From Winogradskyella sp. (lineage in GTDB: Bacteria; Bacteroidota; Bacteroidia; Flavobacteriales; Flavobacteriaceae), in contig NZ_JANQIM010000037.1 in assembly GCF_028282165.1 (NCBI RefSeq), positions 33,982 to 97,981 of the forward strand: DNA of 64,000 bases, written 5' to 3'. Position numbers and translations under genes: made by a program. Numbering within the stretch: the first letter of the stretch is position 1; each line of letters begins with the position of its first letter. Under the pieces are notes generated by a model. The model made no database searches. It was not told the DNA's origin and saw nothing but the letters and a program-made list of their open reading frames with translations. Positions 61,385-64,000 of this stretch are shown in pieces.

Positions 61385-63292
61385 TTGAGACTTGTTTTTG
61401 CCTATTTATCAGTATTCATAATACAAGCTAATATAGCCCAAACTTTAAATTCCTTAAAGTTAGAGTACCCTAAGGATGATGTAGTAACCTTGGCTTTAAC
61501 CAGACATTTAGACATTACTGAATCTCGTGGGAAGCTCAACATTACAGAAACATTTACAAAAAAGGATTTTTATCTTACTAGCAATAGATTATCGTATGCA
61601 AACGAAAGCATTGATTACGATTCTTTTGAATCTATCGAACAAGTAAATGCATACACAAGTTCCATCGCAAATGGAAAAACAACTAAGCAATTTGTAAAGG
61701 AATTTGAAGACAAAGATGTTTTAATTAGAGGTATCTTTTTCAATGACAGAAAAAAGAAGAGTTTTTCATTTCCTAATGTAACTAAGGGATCCACAACTTT
61801 TCTAGAATACAAGAAAAAAATAAAAGACCCACATTTTTTACCATCATTTGTTATTGGTAAATCTTTTCCCATCAAATCTGTAGAGCTTAGTGTAAGTTTT
61901 CCAAATACGGTAAAAGTAGCATATTCTACATTCAATTTAGACAGTGTTGATGTAGATTTTAAAACGTCAAAGACTGACAAACACACCACTTATAAATGGA
62001 TATTGAGATCTGTTCCGAAGATTAACAGAAATTATGATTTTAATCCAATATACTATTTACCCCAAGTGTTTATACGCATAGAGTCGTATAACTATAAAGG
62101 GAAAGAGAAATCCGTTTTATCAAATCCTAAAGATCTCTATTTATGGTACAATTCATTAATAAAGGATATTAATAAAACCGACCAAACAGAACTAGAGACA
62201 TTGACCCATCGCTTAATCAAAGGTCTAAAGTCCGATGAAGAAAAAATTAAGGCCATTTACTATTTCATACAAAATGAAATTAATTACATCGCCTTTGAAG
62301 ATGGCCTTAATGGGTTTATCCCCAGAGATGCCAAAAATATTTACACCAATAAATATGGCGATTGTAAGGATATGGCTAATATTTTAAATGAAATGCTAAA
62401 GTATGCAGGCATTACTTCGTACTTAACATGGATCGGCACAAGAAATAGACCTTTTACCTATAGTGAATTACCTACTCCTATGGTAGATAATCATATGATT
62501 ACCACAGTAAAGCTTAACGATGAATATCTATTTTTAGATGCTACGGCTAAGTACCTCGGATTTGGCTATCCATCGCCCTTCATTCAAGGCAAAGAGGCGT
62601 TAATTGGCATCTCAGATAGTGAATATAAAATCATTAAAGTTCCAGAAATAGACCCAGAAAAGAATGTTACTACTATACATTCCAACTTACAGATAGAGGA
62701 TAAGGCACTTTTAGGATATCATGAAGCAGAATTCACAGGGTTTGAAAAACTAAATATGTTACATAAACTCCAACGTAAAGATGACGATGACTTAGACTTT
62801 TTACAATCTGCCTTAAAATTTGGAAAAAAGAGAACTAAAATCTCTGAAATTGCATACCAAAACCTTAAGTTGATTAACGATACCCTTCAAATTGCTTTTA
62901 ATTCTAAAACTTACGATTACGTAAAAGAGATTGATAATTTGATCTATTTAAAACCCCACCTAGATTACAACCTAAAATCGGAAGTGGTTAAAGCAGAGAA
63001 AAAGAAGTTTGATAAAAAGATTGAACATAAATTTCAAAAGAATTTCATTACCACAATAAAAATTCCAGAAAACCTAAAAATCAATAGTTTACCTAAAGAT
63101 GTTACGTTTGAAAATCCTCAATTTAATTTTAAGATCACGTATGCACTATCAGGTCAAAATACTATTGTCATAAACAAGCAGATAATGGTAAATACCTTAA
63201 AAGTTAGTGTGGTCAAAATGGATAAATGGAATAAGTTTATCAAAGGCCTCAATAAAGTGAGTAAACACTCTATAATACTTGAAAAACAATAA
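61385..63292 (+). CDS. DUF3857 + transglutaminase-like domain protein, secreted
   Basis: 635 aa (TTG start in the track) with a signal peptide and the transglutaminase core YGDCKDMANIL with a downstream ...HMIT...D. Confidence 0.65.
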   Translation: MRLVFAYLSVFIIQANIAQTLNSLKLEYPKDDVVTLALTRHLDITESRGKLNITETFTKKDFYLTSNRLSYANESIDYDSFESIEQVNAYTSSIANGKTTKQFVKEFEDKDVLIRGIFFNDRKKKSFSFPNVTKGSTTFLEYKKKIKDPHFLPSFVIGKSFPIKSVELSVSFPNTVKVAYSTFNLDSVDVDFKTSKTDKHTTYKWILRSVPKINRNYDFNPIYYLPQVFIRIESYNYKGKEKSVLSNPKDLYLWYNSLIKDINKTDQTELETLTHRLIKGLKSDEEKIKAIYYFIQNEINYIAFEDGLNGFIPRDAKNIYTNKYGDCKDMANILNEMLKYAGITSYLTWIGTRNRPFTYSELPTPMVDNHMITTVKLNDEYLFLDATAKYLGFGYPSPFIQGKEALIGISDSEYKIIKVPEIDPEKNVTTIHSNLQIEDKALLGYHEAEFTGFEKLNMLHKLQRKDDDDLDFLQSALKFGKKRTKISEIAYQNLKLINDTLQIAFNSKTYDYVKEIDNLIYLKPHLDYNLKSEVVKAEKKKFDKKIEHKFQKNFITTIKIPENLKINSLPKDVTFENPQFNFKITYALSGQNTIVINKQIMVNTLKVSVVKMDKWNKFIKGLNKVSKHSIILEKQ

Positions 63293-63294
63293 CT

Positions 63295-64000
63295 ATGAAA
63301 TATTTTTTTAATACAATCCTAGTTCTGCTATTAAGTTATACAGCATCAGCTCAGCTCTACAAAAAGCACGATTGGAAAAAAAATCAGGAGTTTTATGAGC
63401 TTTCAGAGACTGAACAACAATTGCCATCAATAGCTATAAAAGAAAAATATCTTATTCAATATTACCAACCTGCCATAGCCATATCATCAAAATTCAAACT
63501 TTATGAGACCATTCATAGTATCATAAGAGTAAATACAGATAAAGGTATAAAAACGCACAATAGGGTTTATATTCCAATGCGCAATGTTAAAAAGGTAATC
63601 GATATCAAAGCCAGGGTTACTCAAAAAGATGGCCGAGTAAAGGTGCTTAATAAAAACAACATTAAAGAACTAGAAAATGTAAAGAACTACGGGAATTTTA
63701 AAATATTTGCGATTGAAGGGGTTACAAAAGACTCGCAACTAGAATTTATTTACACGCTTGAAAAACATATAAGGAGTATAGGTTCTGTTGTAGTACAAAA
63801 AAATTATGAGGTTAAAGAGGCTGAAGTCATTTTAAGAAAGCCACGTGTTTTAAGTTACCGCGTAAAAGAGTACAATGGTTTCCCAAAAATGGTAACAAAG
63901 ACTGTTGAAGGCAACAAAGAGGCCTTAACGGCTACAATTACCAACATCGATGCTATGACCGATGAGATGTCTGCTAGCCCAACAGCAAACCGAATGAAGA
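63295..64000 (+). CDS. partial CDS: secreted DUF3857-like protein (runs off the window end)
   Basis: The ATG at 63295 gives MKYFFNTILVLLLSYTASAQ... and stays open to the window end. This is the typical partner of the preceding transglutaminase-like gene. Confidence 0.55.
   Translation, partial: MKYFFNTILVLLLSYTASAQLYKKHDWKKNQEFYELSETEQQLPSIAIKEKYLIQYYQPAIAISSKFKLYETIHSIIRVNTDKGIKTHNRVYIPMRNVKKVIDIKARVTQKDGRVKVLNKNNIKELENVKNYGNFKIFAIEGVTKDSQLEFIYTLEKHIRSIGSVVVQKNYEVKEAEVILRKPRVLSYRVKEYNGFPKMVTKTVEGNKEALTATITNIDAMTDEMSASPTANRMK

Overview
This window is a low-GC chromosomal segment that looks like Bacteroidota, probably Flavobacteriia. The cues are several exact TAnnTTTG -7 promoter motifs, TonB-dependent receptor and lipoprotein pairs, 'four-helix-bundle' (23S rRNA IVS-type) genes and GNRA-loop REP-like hairpins. 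I support about 55 CDS and saw no rRNA, tRNA or CRISPR. The core genes are ferredoxin, a LuxC-like acyl-CoA reductase, serC and a serA-like gene, a TonB receptor cluster, a lolD-like gene, a HupE/UreJ + DUF4198 metal-uptake pair, three serine-hydrolase (beta-lactamase-fold) paralogs, fumC, hutI and a hutG-like gene, a SulP transporter, ettA, a LytTR two-component pair, pirin, MarR, a GNAT, an FMN reductase, an acyl-CoA carboxyltransferase, an MFS transporter and DUF3857/transglutaminase proteins. Three things stand out. (1) At 23.4-28.9 kb, five co-oriented single-gene units are each followed by an attC-like imperfect inverted repeat. The outer 7-nt boxes of these repeats co-vary across each gene rather than within a site, which is the signature of integron gene cassettes. 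No integrase lies in the window, so this would be a CALIN-like array. Its cargo looks defence-like: an OLD-family ATPase/Toprim nuclease, a candidate HEPN (Rx4H) + PD-(D/E)xK fusion, a 2TM protein, a TM protein and a protein with a 10-Cys tail. (2) At 40.7-51.1 kb, three four-helix-bundle genes (one disrupted) sit in intergenic gaps. Each is bracketed by inverted arrays of 7-nt-period repeats with an element-specific core: GAAG/CTTC, CAGT/ACTG, and a T/A-rich core. (3) At 41.3-48.1 kb (possibly extending to 37.6 kb) lies an uncharacterised minus-strand operon encoding a long coiled-coil protein, an unknown protein, a single-module AAA ATPase, a Nudix hydrolase and another unknown protein, followed by membrane proteins. 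Smaller observations are a 126-nt tandem duplication encoding a His-rich insert in the DUF4198 protein, a SulP gene next to a candidate iota-carbonic-anhydrase-like NTF2-fold gene, and a duplicated TACGTAGAACTACGTA palindrome. All family assignments come from reading the translations by eye and need HMM or BLAST confirmation.
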